Positions 1 to 10,716 of a stretch of DNA of 64,000 bases are shown here, piece after piece. How positions within the stretch are numbered: the first letter of the stretch is position 1; the number at the start of each line of letters is the position of its first letter. The DNA comes from Acidobacteriota bacterium (GTDB taxonomy: Bacteria > Acidobacteriota > UBA890 > WLXD01). The notes beneath the pieces are model-generated. The model was given only the letters and a program-made list of their open reading frames with translations. It had not been told where the DNA came from and did no database searches. The translations under genes were made by a program, and so were the position numbers. The stretch covers positions 1,216,001 through 1,280,000 of the forward strand of contig CAXWPL010000005.1 in NCBI GenBank assembly GCA_963666215.2, given 5' to 3'.

Positions 1-1383
1 TTGTCGTTCGACCCGCCCGCTGCCGCCGATCATCGGCACGAGCTCTCGAACGGCGTCGCGGTGTTTGTCGTCGAAGATCACGATCTGCCGCTGATCAACA
101 TCTCGCTACTGGTTCGCGGCGGGGCGTACACCGCCGCTGCGATGGCGACGCCAGGTGCCGCGACTCTTGCCGGCTCGCAGATCCGCAACGGCGGCACGGC
201 CTCCAAGTCGCCGTCGGAGCTCGACGAGGATCTCGACTTTCTCGCGGCTCAGATGTTCACCAGTCTCGGCTCCACACAGGGCAGTGCCGGAATGAACTGC
301 CTCACGAAGGACCTCGACGCATGTCTCGAGTTGTTCTTCGAGATGGTCCGCAACCCCGGGTACGACCAGGAGCGTCTCGAGCTCGCCAAGAGCCAGACTG
401 TGCAGCAGATGCAACGGCGCAACGACGCGACGACGAGCATCGAGGGTCGTGAATGGAGCCGTCTGATCTACGGCACCGAACACTTCAGCACCAAAGCGGT
501 GAACCAGGCCGAGCTCGAGGCGATCAGCCGCGAGGACCTGCTAGCCCTCCACGCTCAGACTTTCCACCCGGGCAACTTCGTCGTCGCCGTGTCGGGCGAC
601 GTCGCAGCCGAACAGATCTTGCCGAAGCTCGAAGCCGCGATGGCCGATTGGCCGGCGGGCGAGTCTCCCGGACAGGTGCCCGGCCCGACAAGCGAGCTGC
701 AGCCCGGCCTGTATCTGGTCCACAAGGAAGACGTCAACCAGGGGCGGATTTCTCTGGGCCATCGGACGATCACGCGCGACAACCCCGATCGCTACGCGCT
801 GCAGATCATGAACAGCGTTCTCGGAGGCGGCGGCTTCACGTCGCGGATCATGTCGCGGGTGCGTTCCGACGAGGGGCTGGCCTACAGCGCGGGCTCACGG
901 TACGGCGTTGGCACCCACTACGAAGGCGCGTTCCGTGCCGCTTTCCAGTCGCGGAGCGAGACCGTGGCCCGGGCAACCGCCCTCGTGCTGGAGGAGGTCG
1001 AGCGCATCCGCACGGAGCCCGTTACCGACGAGGAGCTGGCCAACGCCAAGGCGTCGTTCATCGACACCTTCAGCCGTTCGTTCGCCAGCGTCGGTCAGGT
1101 TGCAGGGCTGTTCGCCAACGACGAGCTCACCGGACGAGATACCGAGTACCTGGTGCACTATCGCGATCGTCTGCGCGCCGTGTCGGCCGCCGATGTGATG
1201 CGGGTTGCGCATGAGTACTTGCACCCCGAGGCACTGGTGATTCTGGCGGTCGGAAACGTCGACGACATGTTGGCGGGCGATCCGGAGAATCCAGAGTACA
1301 GCCTCGAGGCGCTGGCCCCGAACGGCAGCGTGACGCGCGTTTCGCTACCCGACCCGATGACGATGGAGTATCCGGAGCAGTAG
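1..1383 (+). CDS. M16 (insulinase/pitrilysin) family peptidase, non-catalytic-type subunit, 5' partial
   Basis: LSNGVAVFVVEDHDLPLI start, LGGGGFTSRIMSRVRSDEGLAY motif; no HxxEH seen. Confidence 0.85.
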   Translation: MSFDPPAAADHRHELSNGVAVFVVEDHDLPLINISLLVRGGAYTAAAMATPGAATLAGSQIRNGGTASKSPSELDEDLDFLAAQMFTSLGSTQGSAGMNCLTKDLDACLELFFEMVRNPGYDQERLELAKSQTVQQMQRRNDATTSIEGREWSRLIYGTEHFSTKAVNQAELEAISREDLLALHAQTFHPGNFVVAVSGDVAAEQILPKLEAAMADWPAGESPGQVPGPTSELQPGLYLVHKEDVNQGRISLGHRTITRDNPDRYALQIMNSVLGGGGFTSRIMSRVRSDEGLAYSAGSRYGVGTHYEGAFRAAFQSRSETVARATALVLEEVERIRTEPVTDEELANAKASFIDTFSRSFASVGQVAGLFANDELTGRDTEYLVHYRDRLRAVSAADVMRVAHEYLHPEALVILAVGNVDDMLAGDPENPEYSLEALAPNGSVTRVSLPDPMTMEYPEQ

Positions 1384-1423
1384 CGGGCTCGCGGGCGATC
1401 GGCGATCGGCGATCGGCGTTTCG

Positions 1424-1828
1424 CTACAACAGCTCGCGGACGCTGTCGGGAGGGCGACCCATGATCGCTCGGCCGTCGGAGGCAACGACGATCGGGCGCT
1501 CGATCAATATCGGGTTGTCGACGAGGATCTGCAGCCATTCGCCTCGGTCGAGGTTGCGTTCGGCAAGGCGAAGGGCACGAGCGATCGGCTCGTTGAGCCT
1601 CGTGATGCCGCGAGGATCGCAGCCGAGAGCGCGAAGCGTGGCGTCGAGCTCGGCGATGCCCGGGGGATCTTCGAGATAGCGCCGGACGCGATAGAGGTCG
1701 TCCTCGGCAGCGCGTTCACCAGAAGAAGAATCGCCGCCGAGCACCGCGCCCGCGGCCTCGGCGCTGCGCAGGATCTCGAGCGTCGCTCGCGACTTGCTGC
1801 AGGCTGGGTTGTGCCAGATTTCTAACAT
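1424..1828 (-). CDS. ArsC/Spx family arsenate reductase-like protein
   Basis: HNPACSKSR and NPILIERPIV...GRPP motifs. Confidence 0.85.
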   Translation of the reverse strand: MLEIWHNPACSKSRATLEILRSAEAAGAVLGGDSSSGERAAEDDLYRVRRYLEDPPGIAELDATLRALGCDPRGITRLNEPIARALRLAERNLDRGEWLQILVDNPILIERPIVVASDGRAIMGRPPDSVRELL

Positions 1829-1895
1829 CTTGACCGTCGACCACGCCGTGTCCCTGTCGTGGGCTGCTCAGCGTTCACCATGCCATACTCTGCCG

Positions 1896-3332
1896 ATGGC
1901 AAAGCGCAAGACAATCGCGGTCCTGGGAGGCGGCTCAGCCGGATTCACGGCGGCGCGGACGGCCTCGAACCTCGGCGCCGACGTCGTTTTTTGCATGGGC
2001 GACAACCACGCGCTGGCGTCGCTGTGTGTCAACCGTGGATGCATGCCATCGAAGGCGATGTTCCTGCCGATCGACACCATGCACCACGCCCGCGAACAGA
2101 AACATCTACGGGTTGAGGCCATCCGCCCGGAGGCCTATCTCGAGCAGATCGTTTCGTGGAAGGACCGCGAGATCGCCCGCTTCCGTGCCTATCGACAGAA
2201 GGCGATCCGCGACCACGAGAGCGACGATTTCCGCATCGTGCGTGCCAACGCCCGCTTCGTCGATGCCCACACACTGGAGGCAGGCGGGGAACGAATCACC
2301 TTCGACGCCGCGATCATCGCCACCGGTTCAGCGCCGGTGCTGCCGCCCATAGATGGATTGGCAGAGCTGCAGAACGACGTCTGGGACAACGACGCTCTCC
2401 TGTCGAATACGAGACTGCCGCAGTCGCTGGTGATGATCGGAGCCGGCGCCATCGGCCTCGAATTCGCGCTGCGATACGCACGGCTCGGGTGCGACGTAAC
2501 CGTAGTCGCGCGCTCGCGCCCGCTGTCGCGTTATCCCGAGCGCTTTGGACAACGCCTTGCCGAGATCTACGAGCACAACGGCGTTCGGATGCTGCTCGGT
2601 GCCAAAACGCTGGCGATCCGCCGCGATATCGAGGGCTGGTTCGTGATCGAGACGGAGACCAACGGACGCTTCGAGCCCGTGACGGGACAGGCGGTCGCAC
2701 TGGCGGTCGGCCGGCGACCGGCGCTCGAGGGACTCAATCTGCAAGCCGCGGGCGTCGAGCTCGACGAGCGCGGCCGCGTGCAGATTGGCGAGGACATGCG
2801 CACAGCGAGTCAGCCGCACATCTTTGCTGCCGGAGACGCGATTGGACGCCGCATGGTGGTGCATCAAGCGCACATCGAGGCGGGCATTGCGGGAGAGAAC
2901 GCCACCGACGAAGGCGACCGCGTGTGGCATCGTCGCGCCGACGTCCAGGTGGTCTACTCTGACCCGGAGTTCGCATACGTTGGCCTGACGCCCGAGGCTG
3001 CCGTGGCCGCGGGCCACCAGCTGGTGAGCGCGTCGAAGGAATCGCGGCTTGTCGGCAAGCTCCACCTCGGCGGAGACGACATGGGATTCGGCGAGTTCAT
3101 CGCCGATCGCAATTCAGACCGACTGCTCGGTGCCGGCCTGCTGTGCGAGGGGGCCAGCGACATGATCCACCTGCCCGGCTACGTGATCGATCACGAGCAC
3201 ACCGTGCACGACGCCGCCAGTGCCGAGTACTACCACCCGACACGCATCGAGATCGTCTCCGGCATCTTCGACGCTCTGTGCAAAGAGCTCGGTGGGCATC
3301 CATTCCGCCGTGCCGACCAGCGTAGTGGCTGA
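1896..3332 (+). CDS. Pyridine nucleotide-disulfide oxidoreductase (dihydrolipoamide dehydrogenase-like)
   Basis: GGGSAG, redox CVNRGC, GAGAIG, C-terminal HPTxxE; ATG at 1896. Confidence 0.85.
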   Translation: MAKRKTIAVLGGGSAGFTAARTASNLGADVVFCMGDNHALASLCVNRGCMPSKAMFLPIDTMHHAREQKHLRVEAIRPEAYLEQIVSWKDREIARFRAYRQKAIRDHESDDFRIVRANARFVDAHTLEAGGERITFDAAIIATGSAPVLPPIDGLAELQNDVWDNDALLSNTRLPQSLVMIGAGAIGLEFALRYARLGCDVTVVARSRPLSRYPERFGQRLAEIYEHNGVRMLLGAKTLAIRRDIEGWFVIETETNGRFEPVTGQAVALAVGRRPALEGLNLQAAGVELDERGRVQIGEDMRTASQPHIFAAGDAIGRRMVVHQAHIEAGIAGENATDEGDRVWHRRADVQVVYSDPEFAYVGLTPEAAVAAGHQLVSASKESRLVGKLHLGGDDMGFGEFIADRNSDRLLGAGLLCEGASDMIHLPGYVIDHEHTVHDAASAEYYHPTRIEIVSGIFDALCKELGGHPFRRADQRSG

Positions 3333-3390
3333 CGCTCGCGATCCGTCGATGCCTGGCCCTGGATCACGAGCCCCGGCTGGTGACGAAGCA

Positions 3391-3672
3391 ATGACCAACG
3401 GCACTCCCGAGCCGGCAAACGACACCCTGCAGGACGATCCGGTATTCGAGCGCCCGACTTTCATCCATCCGCAGTGGTCGGTGGGGATCGTCATCATGCT
3501 CGGATTGGTTTCGCTGCTGCTCGGCCTCGGCAACCCGCTTTGGCTCCTCGGAGGCAGTCCGTTCATCCTGACGCTGGCGGTGTGGGTTGTCGTCCGCGTC
3601 GTGCAGTGGCGACGGCGAGCTCGCGACCACGGCGACGGTGTCCTGGCAGACGAGCCGCGCCCGGACGTATAA
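3391..3672 (+). CDS. Small membrane protein (2 TM)
   Basis: Two hydrophobic stretches followed by a basic tail; ATG at 3391. Confidence 0.6.
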   Translation: MTNGTPEPANDTLQDDPVFERPTFIHPQWSVGIVIMLGLVSLLLGLGNPLWLLGGSPFILTLAVWVVVRVVQWRRRARDHGDGVLADEPRPDV

Positions 3673-3810
3673 AGATAAGCACTAAGACCTCGATGCCGGT
3701 CGACGCTCTCGGAGATCGACTGGCAAATGCTTGCGGGAGGCCCCAGCAAGCGGTCGATTCCGCTCCTGATGGGGCACCGGATGACCGATCGCCAAACCCA
3801 AGGGGGAATC

Positions 3811-4485
3811 ATGCGCCAGCTTCTCAGTTTCTCGTTGCAGCGCCTTACGGCCGTCGTCACCGCCGCAGTCATCGTTGCCACAGCGCCGGTCTCGCTTGCT
3901 CTTGCGAGCTCGGCAAGTGCGTGGGGAGGGGGGATCGCTGCGCAATCGGCAGTTCCCACGGGTACCCACGCGACACTCCGTCTGTCGACGTGGCTGTCGT
4001 CGAAAAACGCGGCCGAGGGCGACACGTTCGAGGCTACCCTCAAAGAAGACATCACCTTGGAGGGCGAAGTGATCGTGCCCGCCGGCGTCACCTTCGTGGG
4101 GCGCGTGGCTGCGGTCGAACACGCAAAGCGGCCGAGCACGGCGGGCAAGCTGACGCTCGTCGTTGATGAGCTGCTCAGCGGCAACGGCTACTCCACGCCG
4201 GCTCTCGGAACCATTACGGGCCTCGAGGATGGAGAAGAGCTCGAGGGAGAGAGTCGAGACGCCGGCAAGGCCGCGAAGACCGGCGTGATTGGCGGCGTGC
4301 TCGGCGGTCTACTCGGCGGCGTGAAAGGAGCCCTGCTGGGCATCGTACTCGGAGCCGGCGGATCGCTGGCAGCGAGCAGCGGCGAGGACGTCGAGCTACC
4401 CGAGGGAACCTACCTGCAGGTCACTTTCGATCGTGAGGTCGATGTCACATGGACCTGGCGAGCCCAGGAGTCGAGCCAGCACTGA
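3811..4485 (+). CDS. Exported protein with TrbI/VirB10-like beta domain and glycine zipper
   Basis: RBS AGGGGGA, signal peptide, VPTGT..LRL, GGVLGGLLGG, DVELPEGT. Confidence 0.7.
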   Translation: MRQLLSFSLQRLTAVVTAAVIVATAPVSLALASSASAWGGGIAAQSAVPTGTHATLRLSTWLSSKNAAEGDTFEATLKEDITLEGEVIVPAGVTFVGRVAAVEHAKRPSTAGKLTLVVDELLSGNGYSTPALGTITGLEDGEELEGESRDAGKAAKTGVIGGVLGGLLGGVKGALLGIVLGAGGSLAASSGEDVELPEGTYLQVTFDREVDVTWTWRAQESSQH

Positions 4486-4575
4486 GCTGCGTTCGACGAA
4501 CGTCCTGGGCTGTTGGCTTGTCGAGGACCTGGTACGGCTTTGGCTGGCCGGGCTACAGAGCCAGAAAGCCCGAGG

Positions 4576-5568
4576 CTAGCTCTCCGACCGGAGCGCATCG
4601 AGGATCTGCTCGATCTCCGCCTTGGCTAGCTCGTCGGTCTCCTGTTCGAGAGAAGTCTCGAGTAGCTCGATGGCACGCTCGATATCTCCTTGGCGGATGT
4701 AGGCGAACCCGAGCGTCTTGTACGCCAGCGGGAAGACCGGCTGTAGCGCGATAGCGCGCTCGAGGATCTCGACCGCCTCCTCTGTCTGCCCCGACTGAAC
4801 CAGCAGGGTGCCGATGTTGTAGTGCGCCGCGGCGTCGTCCGGGGTGATCTCCAGCGCTCGCTTGAAGTGCTGTAGGGAAACCTCGTAGCCGCCATTCTTC
4901 GCGTAGCTCTCACCCAGACCGAGATGCGCATCGGTGCTTTCCATGTCGATCGAGAGTGCGGCGTTGTAGGCATCGACCGCATCCGTCGTGTTCCCGAGCT
5001 CGAGACTGCAGGCGCCGATGACGTTGTTGGCGCTCACGAGCATCTGGCGCACCTCCGGCTCTTCGCGCCCAGCGAGTCCCGCGACCACTTCACGCATCAG
5101 CGCGATCGCGCCGGCGGGGTCGCCACCGCGGTAGGCCTCGAAGGCGGCCGTGTACGTCGCATTCAACGCGCCGGCGGCCTCTACTGCGGCCGCGGCGGCG
5201 ATCGCCTCTTCGCTGAGTCCCGGGTCGGGGGTCAATTGGAGATCGACCGTGTTGGTGCCGAAGGAGAGACGCACTTGGCTCTTGAAGAGCAGGAAGCCTG
5301 CGGCCTCGACCTGAAAAACGTACGTGCCGTTGCGAAGCCCGCGCTTGAAATACTCGCCCTTACTATTCGTGACCGCGTCGATGACAGAGCCACGATCGAC
5401 CGACGTGATGACCACCTTGGCGTCGGCAATGGGCTCGCCGTCGGGCGTCGTGATCTTCCCGACGACGCGCGAATCACTCCGCTGCGCCGCCGCGGCGTCG
5501 TTGCATACAAGTGCCAGTACGATGCAGGCGGCGACTGTCAGGCCGCGCAGGTAATCATGTTTGCGCAC
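4576..5568 (-). CDS. Exported carboxypeptidase-regulatory-like domain plus TPR protein
   Basis: Signal peptide, GEPIADAKV..TNSKGEY, several TPRs (AHLGLG, AHYNIG, AYKTLG). Confidence 0.85.
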   Translation of the reverse strand: MRKHDYLRGLTVAACIVLALVCNDAAAAQRSDSRVVGKITTPDGEPIADAKVVITSVDRGSVIDAVTNSKGEYFKRGLRNGTYVFQVEAAGFLLFKSQVRLSFGTNTVDLQLTPDPGLSEEAIAAAAAVEAAGALNATYTAAFEAYRGGDPAGAIALMREVVAGLAGREEPEVRQMLVSANNVIGACSLELGNTTDAVDAYNAALSIDMESTDAHLGLGESYAKNGGYEVSLQHFKRALEITPDDAAAHYNIGTLLVQSGQTEEAVEILERAIALQPVFPLAYKTLGFAYIRQGDIERAIELLETSLEQETDELAKAEIEQILDALRSES

Positions 5569-5596
5569 AGCGGCACAGCGCGTTCCCCGTTCCGGG

Positions 5597-6577
5597 CTAG
5601 CCCCAGGGCAAGAAGGCCTGGATCTGCTCGTCCATGCGTGTGTTCTGACCGAACGTGAATTCCGTCATGCAGGCATCATCGGTGTAGTTCATGTAGTTCT
5701 CGATCGGATCGGCCGATCCGCACGACCTCTTGGCCGAGCATCCGAAGTTAGGAGTCTTCTGCGAAGGGGTGTCGTCAACCTTGTCACCCTTTCCACCACA
5801 GCCGCCCTGAAAAGTGTGATCGAGGCCAAGACTGTGGCCGACCTCGTGCGTCCCGGTATGCCCTTCATCGAACGGAGCCGCCGGCCCCTTGGGCGTCGAG
5901 GACCAAAGCACAACCGCACCGAAGAGATAGGTTCCTTCAACGCCCGAGACAGGAAGGTAGGCGTAGCCGAGCAAGCCGCCGCCGGGGTCGCAGAACCAGA
6001 AGTTGAGGAACTCGTCAGGATCGCTAGCCGTGGCTTTCTTCATTTCGTCCTCTGCCGCGAAGCCGCCGCAGCCGCGGAACCAGTCGTCGTTCTCGGTAAA
6101 GTCAACGCCGCCGAACTTGAGGACGATCTTCGGGTCCGACGCTGTCTTGGCGTCTGGCTCCACGCCTGCCTTCGGCTTCCTGAACGCTTTCTTCATGGCC
6201 TTGTGCTGCTTCTTGACCTGTTTCTTGCGCAGCTTGCCCTCGTCTTTGTCTCCGTACACGACGTGGTAGGCGATGCGGACCTTGATCTTGCGAGCCAACT
6301 CGAGACTGCCGGACTCGCGCAGGGCGTCGATGCGCGTGTCCGCGGCGGCCTGCTGAACCGGCGTCAAGCCCTCGGTGCCGCAACGCGCAGCCTGGTTCAC
6401 CTCCCCGAAGACGTTCGCGAAGATGACGTCAGGCTCGAGGCCAAGACGATATTCGCTGGCCCGTTTCGCGGCCGCCCGAGGGTCGGCGCGTTCCTGGGCG
6501 GTCAGGGTCACGGTTGCGACAATTGCGCACGGCAACGCGGCGGCGAGGAAAATCCCTGCACGGGAGCAGCTCTGCAT
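5597..6577 (-). CDS. Secreted M43 (ulilysin/pappalysin-like) zinc metalloprotease
   Basis: HEVGHSLGLDHTF, DTP, NYMNYTDDAC Met-turn. Confidence 0.9.
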   Translation of the reverse strand: MQSCSRAGIFLAAALPCAIVATVTLTAQERADPRAAAKRASEYRLGLEPDVIFANVFGEVNQAARCGTEGLTPVQQAAADTRIDALRESGSLELARKIKVRIAYHVVYGDKDEGKLRKKQVKKQHKAMKKAFRKPKAGVEPDAKTASDPKIVLKFGGVDFTENDDWFRGCGGFAAEDEMKKATASDPDEFLNFWFCDPGGGLLGYAYLPVSGVEGTYLFGAVVLWSSTPKGPAAPFDEGHTGTHEVGHSLGLDHTFQGGCGGKGDKVDDTPSQKTPNFGCSAKRSCGSADPIENYMNYTDDACMTEFTFGQNTRMDEQIQAFLPWG

Positions 6578-6733
6578 ATCTCGGACTCCAACAGCGCCCT
6601 GGGCGCTCCTGCGACGGGGTCGGCGGCCGAGTTGAACATAACCGCGTGCCTGGCCGCTGTCTACCGCCTTTCAGCTCGAGATCGGGAGCTGGCGGACGGC
6701 AGCAGGCGGAAATGCTCACCACTGCGTGCCCGG

Positions 6734-7687
6734 CTACCGCCCCGACTGAGCCAGCAGCTCCGGCACGGTGGCGAAATCGAACCCCTCGCGCGACAGATAA
6801 CCGATCATCCAGCGCGTCGCTGCAACCGTTCGGCTGCGGTCACCGCCTCCATCGTGCAGCAGCACAATCGAGCCGGGCCGAACACGACGGATCGTCTGCG
6901 TGGCTACTCGCAGCGCTGATGTCGACGAGCTCCAGTCGCGCACCTCGACGTCCCACATCACCAACAGATGACCGGCTCGTGACGCCACACCCGCCGGCCC
7001 ACGCAGCGTGGAGCTCATGGCGCCGTACGGTGGCCGCAACAGGTGCGGGCGAACGCCCGTGGCGGCACGGATCGCCCAGTCGGTTCTCGCGATCTCGTCG
7101 AACGCTGCGCTGGCGCCGAGTGTCGGCAGGGACCGGTGGGTGAACGAGTGGTTGCCGATCCCGTGGCCCTCCCGGAGCATGCGGCGGACCAGGCCGGGAT
7201 GCCGCTCGACGTTCTCGCCCACCAGGAAGAACGTAGCATGTACGCCGAAGTCGCGGAGGATGTCGAGCACCTGACTGGTGTACGGCTCGCGTGGTCCGTC
7301 GTCGAACGTGAGAGCCACAACCTGCCGCGAGACTGGTACCCGTTCGACGACATCACCGTAGCCGTATGTGGAGCTCGACCGCGGCGCGGGACTCGCCGCG
7401 TCGGGCGACCCCAGCGTCGTCCAGACCGACCTGCGCGGGTTTAATGACGCCGGCGCCGGGCGCCGCGCCACGGGGCCGCGCGAGGCTTGACGTTGCTGGG
7501 CCGAATGCACCACAGCAGGAAGGCAGACCGTCAAGAGCAGCACCGCGAGCGGCCCATGCCCTCGATCCCGCGCGCTCAGGCTCGCCTCGACGGCGAATGC
7601 GCGTCTCCAGCATCCCAACAACCCCGGCCCCAGGCTCGAGACTGGTCGAGGAACGGAATTATCAGACGCCCGGCGACCGCAGCGCAA
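6734..7687 (-). CDS. Polysaccharide deacetylase (NodB family); start uncertain
   Basis: LTFDDGP, GNHSFTH, RPPYG, LLHDGGG. Confidence 0.85.
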   Translation of the reverse strand: MRCGRRASDNSVPRPVSSLGPGLLGCWRRAFAVEASLSARDRGHGPLAVLLLTVCLPAVVHSAQQRQASRGPVARRPAPASLNPRRSVWTTLGSPDAASPAPRSSSTYGYGDVVERVPVSRQVVALTFDDGPREPYTSQVLDILRDFGVHATFFLVGENVERHPGLVRRMLREGHGIGNHSFTHRSLPTLGASAAFDEIARTDWAIRAATGVRPHLLRPPYGAMSSTLRGPAGVASRAGHLLVMWDVEVRDWSSSTSALRVATQTIRRVRPGSIVLLHDGGGDRSRTVAATRWMIGYLSREGFDFATVPELLAQSGR

Positions 7688-7796
7688 GGGGTGGGTCGGG
7701 GTGGGTCGGGGCGGGTCAAGCTACCAGACGCGCGTGACGACCGCGGCGTCCGGCGCCATGGAAGGGCACGGTGGTTCTACCCCGAGTGACCACAAC

Positions 7797-8489
7797 TCAG
7801 CCCGCGACCGGCTTCCATGCCTGCTTGCGGCAGATGAACATCCGATCTTCACGATGGAACGACGGCACCAGCGCGTCGTCCCGCCGGAAGACCATCACCT
7901 CGCGCTCGATGCGGAAATGGCGTTCGAGGAGCTCACGAGCCGTGGCGCGGGTGTAGTGGTACGGGTGCGCGTCTTCGCGGACGAACGGCAGGAACCTGTC
8001 AACCCCGCGGCGCAGAGTGGCGATGAAAGGAGAGTGCAGAAACAGGCCCAGCAGGAAGGCACCGTCCGGCTTCATGACTCGGTTCACCTCGGAGAGCACG
8101 GAGTCGGGATCGACCATGTGGTCGAGCGAGTTCACCGACATGACCACATCGAAGCTGCCGTCCTCTTTCGGCACCTCCTCGGCTCTTGCGCAAATCAGCT
8201 CCGCGTCGGGCAGCGTGTCGGCGTATATCTCGCGATACGCGTCCATCAAGGGGTCCAGAAACACCTTTGTACGGAACGGAAACATGCGGCCGGCGCAGGT
8301 GGGACCACAACCGATGTCGAGCAAGGCAGCGTCGACAGGAAACTCCGCCGCAAGCTTGTCAATGACCGGCTTGTAGCGATCGGTCACCCGCTCGACCTGG
8401 GACGCAATAACCCCGTCGCGCCGCCAGTAGTCCTCTTCCTTCGTTTGCGCCGCTTCCCAGCGCTCGACCTGCTGTTCTGTGACGGCCAT
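7797..8489 (-). CDS. Class I SAM-dependent methyltransferase
   Basis: LLDIGCGP, SFDVV, LDH..DP, RVMKPDG. Confidence 0.85.
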   Translation of the reverse strand: MAVTEQQVERWEAAQTKEEDYWRRDGVIASQVERVTDRYKPVIDKLAAEFPVDAALLDIGCGPTCAGRMFPFRTKVFLDPLMDAYREIYADTLPDAELICARAEEVPKEDGSFDVVMSVNSLDHMVDPDSVLSEVNRVMKPDGAFLLGLFLHSPFIATLRRGVDRFLPFVREDAHPYHYTRATARELLERHFRIEREVMVFRRDDALVPSFHREDRMFICRKQAWKPVAG

Positions 8490-8672
8490 GCGGTCTCCGC
8501 AGAGCAACGGTAGGTGCGTAGCCAATCACTCTGGACTACGCGCGCCACCGAGAGAGAATCTCGACAGCGCTTCTCATGGAAGGAAAGGGTCCGGGAAAGA
8601 TCGCCATCTTAATCCTCCACGGCGCCAGCTGCCGGCCCACCTCGGGCGCAAGCGGCTGGAGGAATCGAGTGG

Positions 8673-9620
8673 TTAGTCCGGCAGGCGATCGAGAAAGGCG
8701 TTGACGACGCGCCCGGTTTCGCGAGGCCGTTCCACCCAGGGGTTGTGGCCGGCACGGTTGATGATGGCGAGCTCCGACGAACGGATCAGCCGATGAATCC
8801 GCTCCGACTCCGAAGGAGGTGTGACCGGGTCATGCGCGGCCGCCACGATCAGCGCCGGCACGTCGACGTCTCGTAGACCTTCCTCCACCCACACCTCCCT
8901 CTCTCGTGGCATGCCGCGAAGGGCGTCGGTCGACGGCAACGCCGAGCGGCCGAGCTGCCGCTGAAAGCGGGTCAGCGCGTCGAGATCGAAGAAGCTCGCC
9001 GCCATTCGCCGTCGTAGCCAGCGGGCCAGCTCGCGATCGTTCGCTACGTCGTCGACGCTGAGTGCCTCCCCGGCGCGAACCAGCTCGACGGCCTGTTCGC
9101 GCTGTGGGCCGGCGGGCAAGCTGTCGAGAATGGCGTCGCGGTCGGCGGCCGCAGCACGATTTCGCAACGCTGTTGTGAGCACAATCAAGGCCCGCAGTCG
9201 GCGTGGGTGCCGCACCGCGTAGGCCATCGCTACGAAGCCGCCGTGCGAATGCCCCACCACAACGAAGCGCTCGATGTCGAAGTGCCGGCGAACGCACTCC
9301 AGATCTTCAACGAGGCGGCTCGCCGCCTGTGACCGCGGCGCGGGCGAGCGCGTTGACTTCCCTGTGTTGCGCGGGTCGAAGGTCACGACACGTAGCCGAT
9401 CGACCAGCAGCGGTGCCAGCGTCAGGCGCAGGTAGTCGCTCGATGGACCCCACGCCGGTGCTTGCACAATGGCGGCCGGCGCGGAATCGGATCCACGCGA
9501 CCATGCGGCGAGGCGATGGCCGTCAGCACCCTCAACGCTGGCGGGCTCGAAGGACTCGGGAACGCCGCCTTCCCGGAGCGTGGACGACAAAGCTGCCGCT
9601 ACCCTTCCCGCCCGCAGCAA
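8673..9620 (-). CDS. Alpha/beta hydrolase (proline iminopeptidase-like); start uncertain
   Basis: FDPRNTGKS, GHSHGG nucleophile, AGHNPW. Confidence 0.8.
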   Translation of the reverse strand: MLRAGRVAAALSSTLREGGVPESFEPASVEGADGHRLAAWSRGSDSAPAAIVQAPAWGPSSDYLRLTLAPLLVDRLRVVTFDPRNTGKSTRSPAPRSQAASRLVEDLECVRRHFDIERFVVVGHSHGGFVAMAYAVRHPRRLRALIVLTTALRNRAAAADRDAILDSLPAGPQREQAVELVRAGEALSVDDVANDRELARWLRRRMAASFFDLDALTRFQRQLGRSALPSTDALRGMPREREVWVEEGLRDVDVPALIVAAAHDPVTPPSESERIHRLIRSSELAIINRAGHNPWVERPRETGRVVNAFLDRLPD

Positions 9621-9660
9621 CAGGCGATCGACACACGCTGGTTCCGCTCGCTCGTTGTCT

Positions 9661-10680
9661 TCATACGTAGGCGTGCCCTTCGCGGCCGTAGTGGTCGTCG
9701 CGACACAAGCTGTTGTGGTCGTAGTCGCGATACCCATGCCAGGCAGCGACTGCACAAAGCAGGGCCTCGAAAGCCGCAGCGTGCTCCAGAACGGGCGCCC
9801 GAACGGCTCTAGGCATGGGCCGTAGCTGGTGGGTGTCGATGAGCCTACGGAGCTGTTCTCGGCGCTCAGCGGGAGCGGATTCCTGTGCTCCTTCCCCGCC
9901 AGGCCTGTCGGACGAGTCTGATGACTCCTCTCGCCCTGACGACGCCGACCCATCGGGCGCACGCGATGAGCCTTTGTCACGAGAAGTCGCTCCACCTGGT
10001 GCTCCCCATGGTCCGACCTCGAGCACGTAGATACTCGAGGCGCGCGCCCGCATGGGACCCGGCATTCCATCGGTGATCATCGGCAGCGGCTCAAACGGAA
10101 GGACCGCCACCGACGCATGACCGTGCAGGGGGGCGACCAACCCGTTGAGACCGTGGAACGTCGCTGGAGCCCGCGACGCACCCAGCGGCGACTCTGTGCC
10201 GAGCTCGACGTCGGTCCGCCGCAGAGGCAACGAGCTTCCCCGATCGCCAGCGGTGTCCGAGCCCGAGAAGAGCCCGGCCAGTTGACGTGGTTCGGACAGC
10301 CGCCCGACACTGCGGAGCATGTCGTCCCAGGCAGCGAGCTGAGGGGCCTCGGGGCGAGTCAACGAATCGGGTGAATCGCGCAACCGCGACGAACCGCCTC
10401 CATCGCCAGGGCGGGCGTCAACTCCGCGTGGCAGCCCGAAGGGAAAATCGAAGCCCCAGGCCGATCGCGGCGCCTCCAGGATCTTGCCCAGGAGCACGCG
10501 CAGGGCCGGCTCACGTTCGGCGACGCCCCCTGGCAGCTCGGCGAGGCGGGCTACACGCTCCACGCGGACGCCGCCGGCGCCGGGGTGAGCGCGGCAGACC
10601 CAGGTACGGCTGCCGGCGTCGTCGCAGCCACTGAAGCGAACGCCGAAGACGCGGCGCGGCGCGATCGGCACACCGATCAT
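9661..10680 (-). CDS. Hypothetical protein, DUF429-like (RNase H-fold)
   Basis: [24 protein letters not shown] and terminal REG..YV motifs. Confidence 0.6.
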   Translation of the reverse strand: MIGVPIAPRRVFGVRFSGCDDAGSRTWVCRAHPGAGGVRVERVARLAELPGGVAEREPALRVLLGKILEAPRSAWGFDFPFGLPRGVDARPGDGGGSSRLRDSPDSLTRPEAPQLAAWDDMLRSVGRLSEPRQLAGLFSGSDTAGDRGSSLPLRRTDVELGTESPLGASRAPATFHGLNGLVAPLHGHASVAVLPFEPLPMITDGMPGPMRARASSIYVLEVGPWGAPGGATSRDKGSSRAPDGSASSGREESSDSSDRPGGEGAQESAPAERREQLRRLIDTHQLRPMPRAVRAPVLEHAAAFEALLCAVAAWHGYRDYDHNSLCRDDHYGREGHAYV

Positions 10681-10716
10681 CGTCCCTCGAGTTGCTGGGC
10701 CGCGCTGCGGGCGCGG

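Noticed and set aside
1394-1418. GGCGATC x3 tandem repeat
   Set aside because: Short microsatellite between convergent genes with no further support.
1896-3332. Mercuric reductase beside arsC as a metal-resistance locus
   Set aside because: No C-terminal Cys-Cys pair or HMA domain; HPTxxE indicates the lipoamide dehydrogenase type.
5561-6919. Long alternative-frame ORFs across the window (e.g. 5561+, 21869+, 35040-)
   Set aside because: They overlap well-supported genes and are expected in high-GC DNA.
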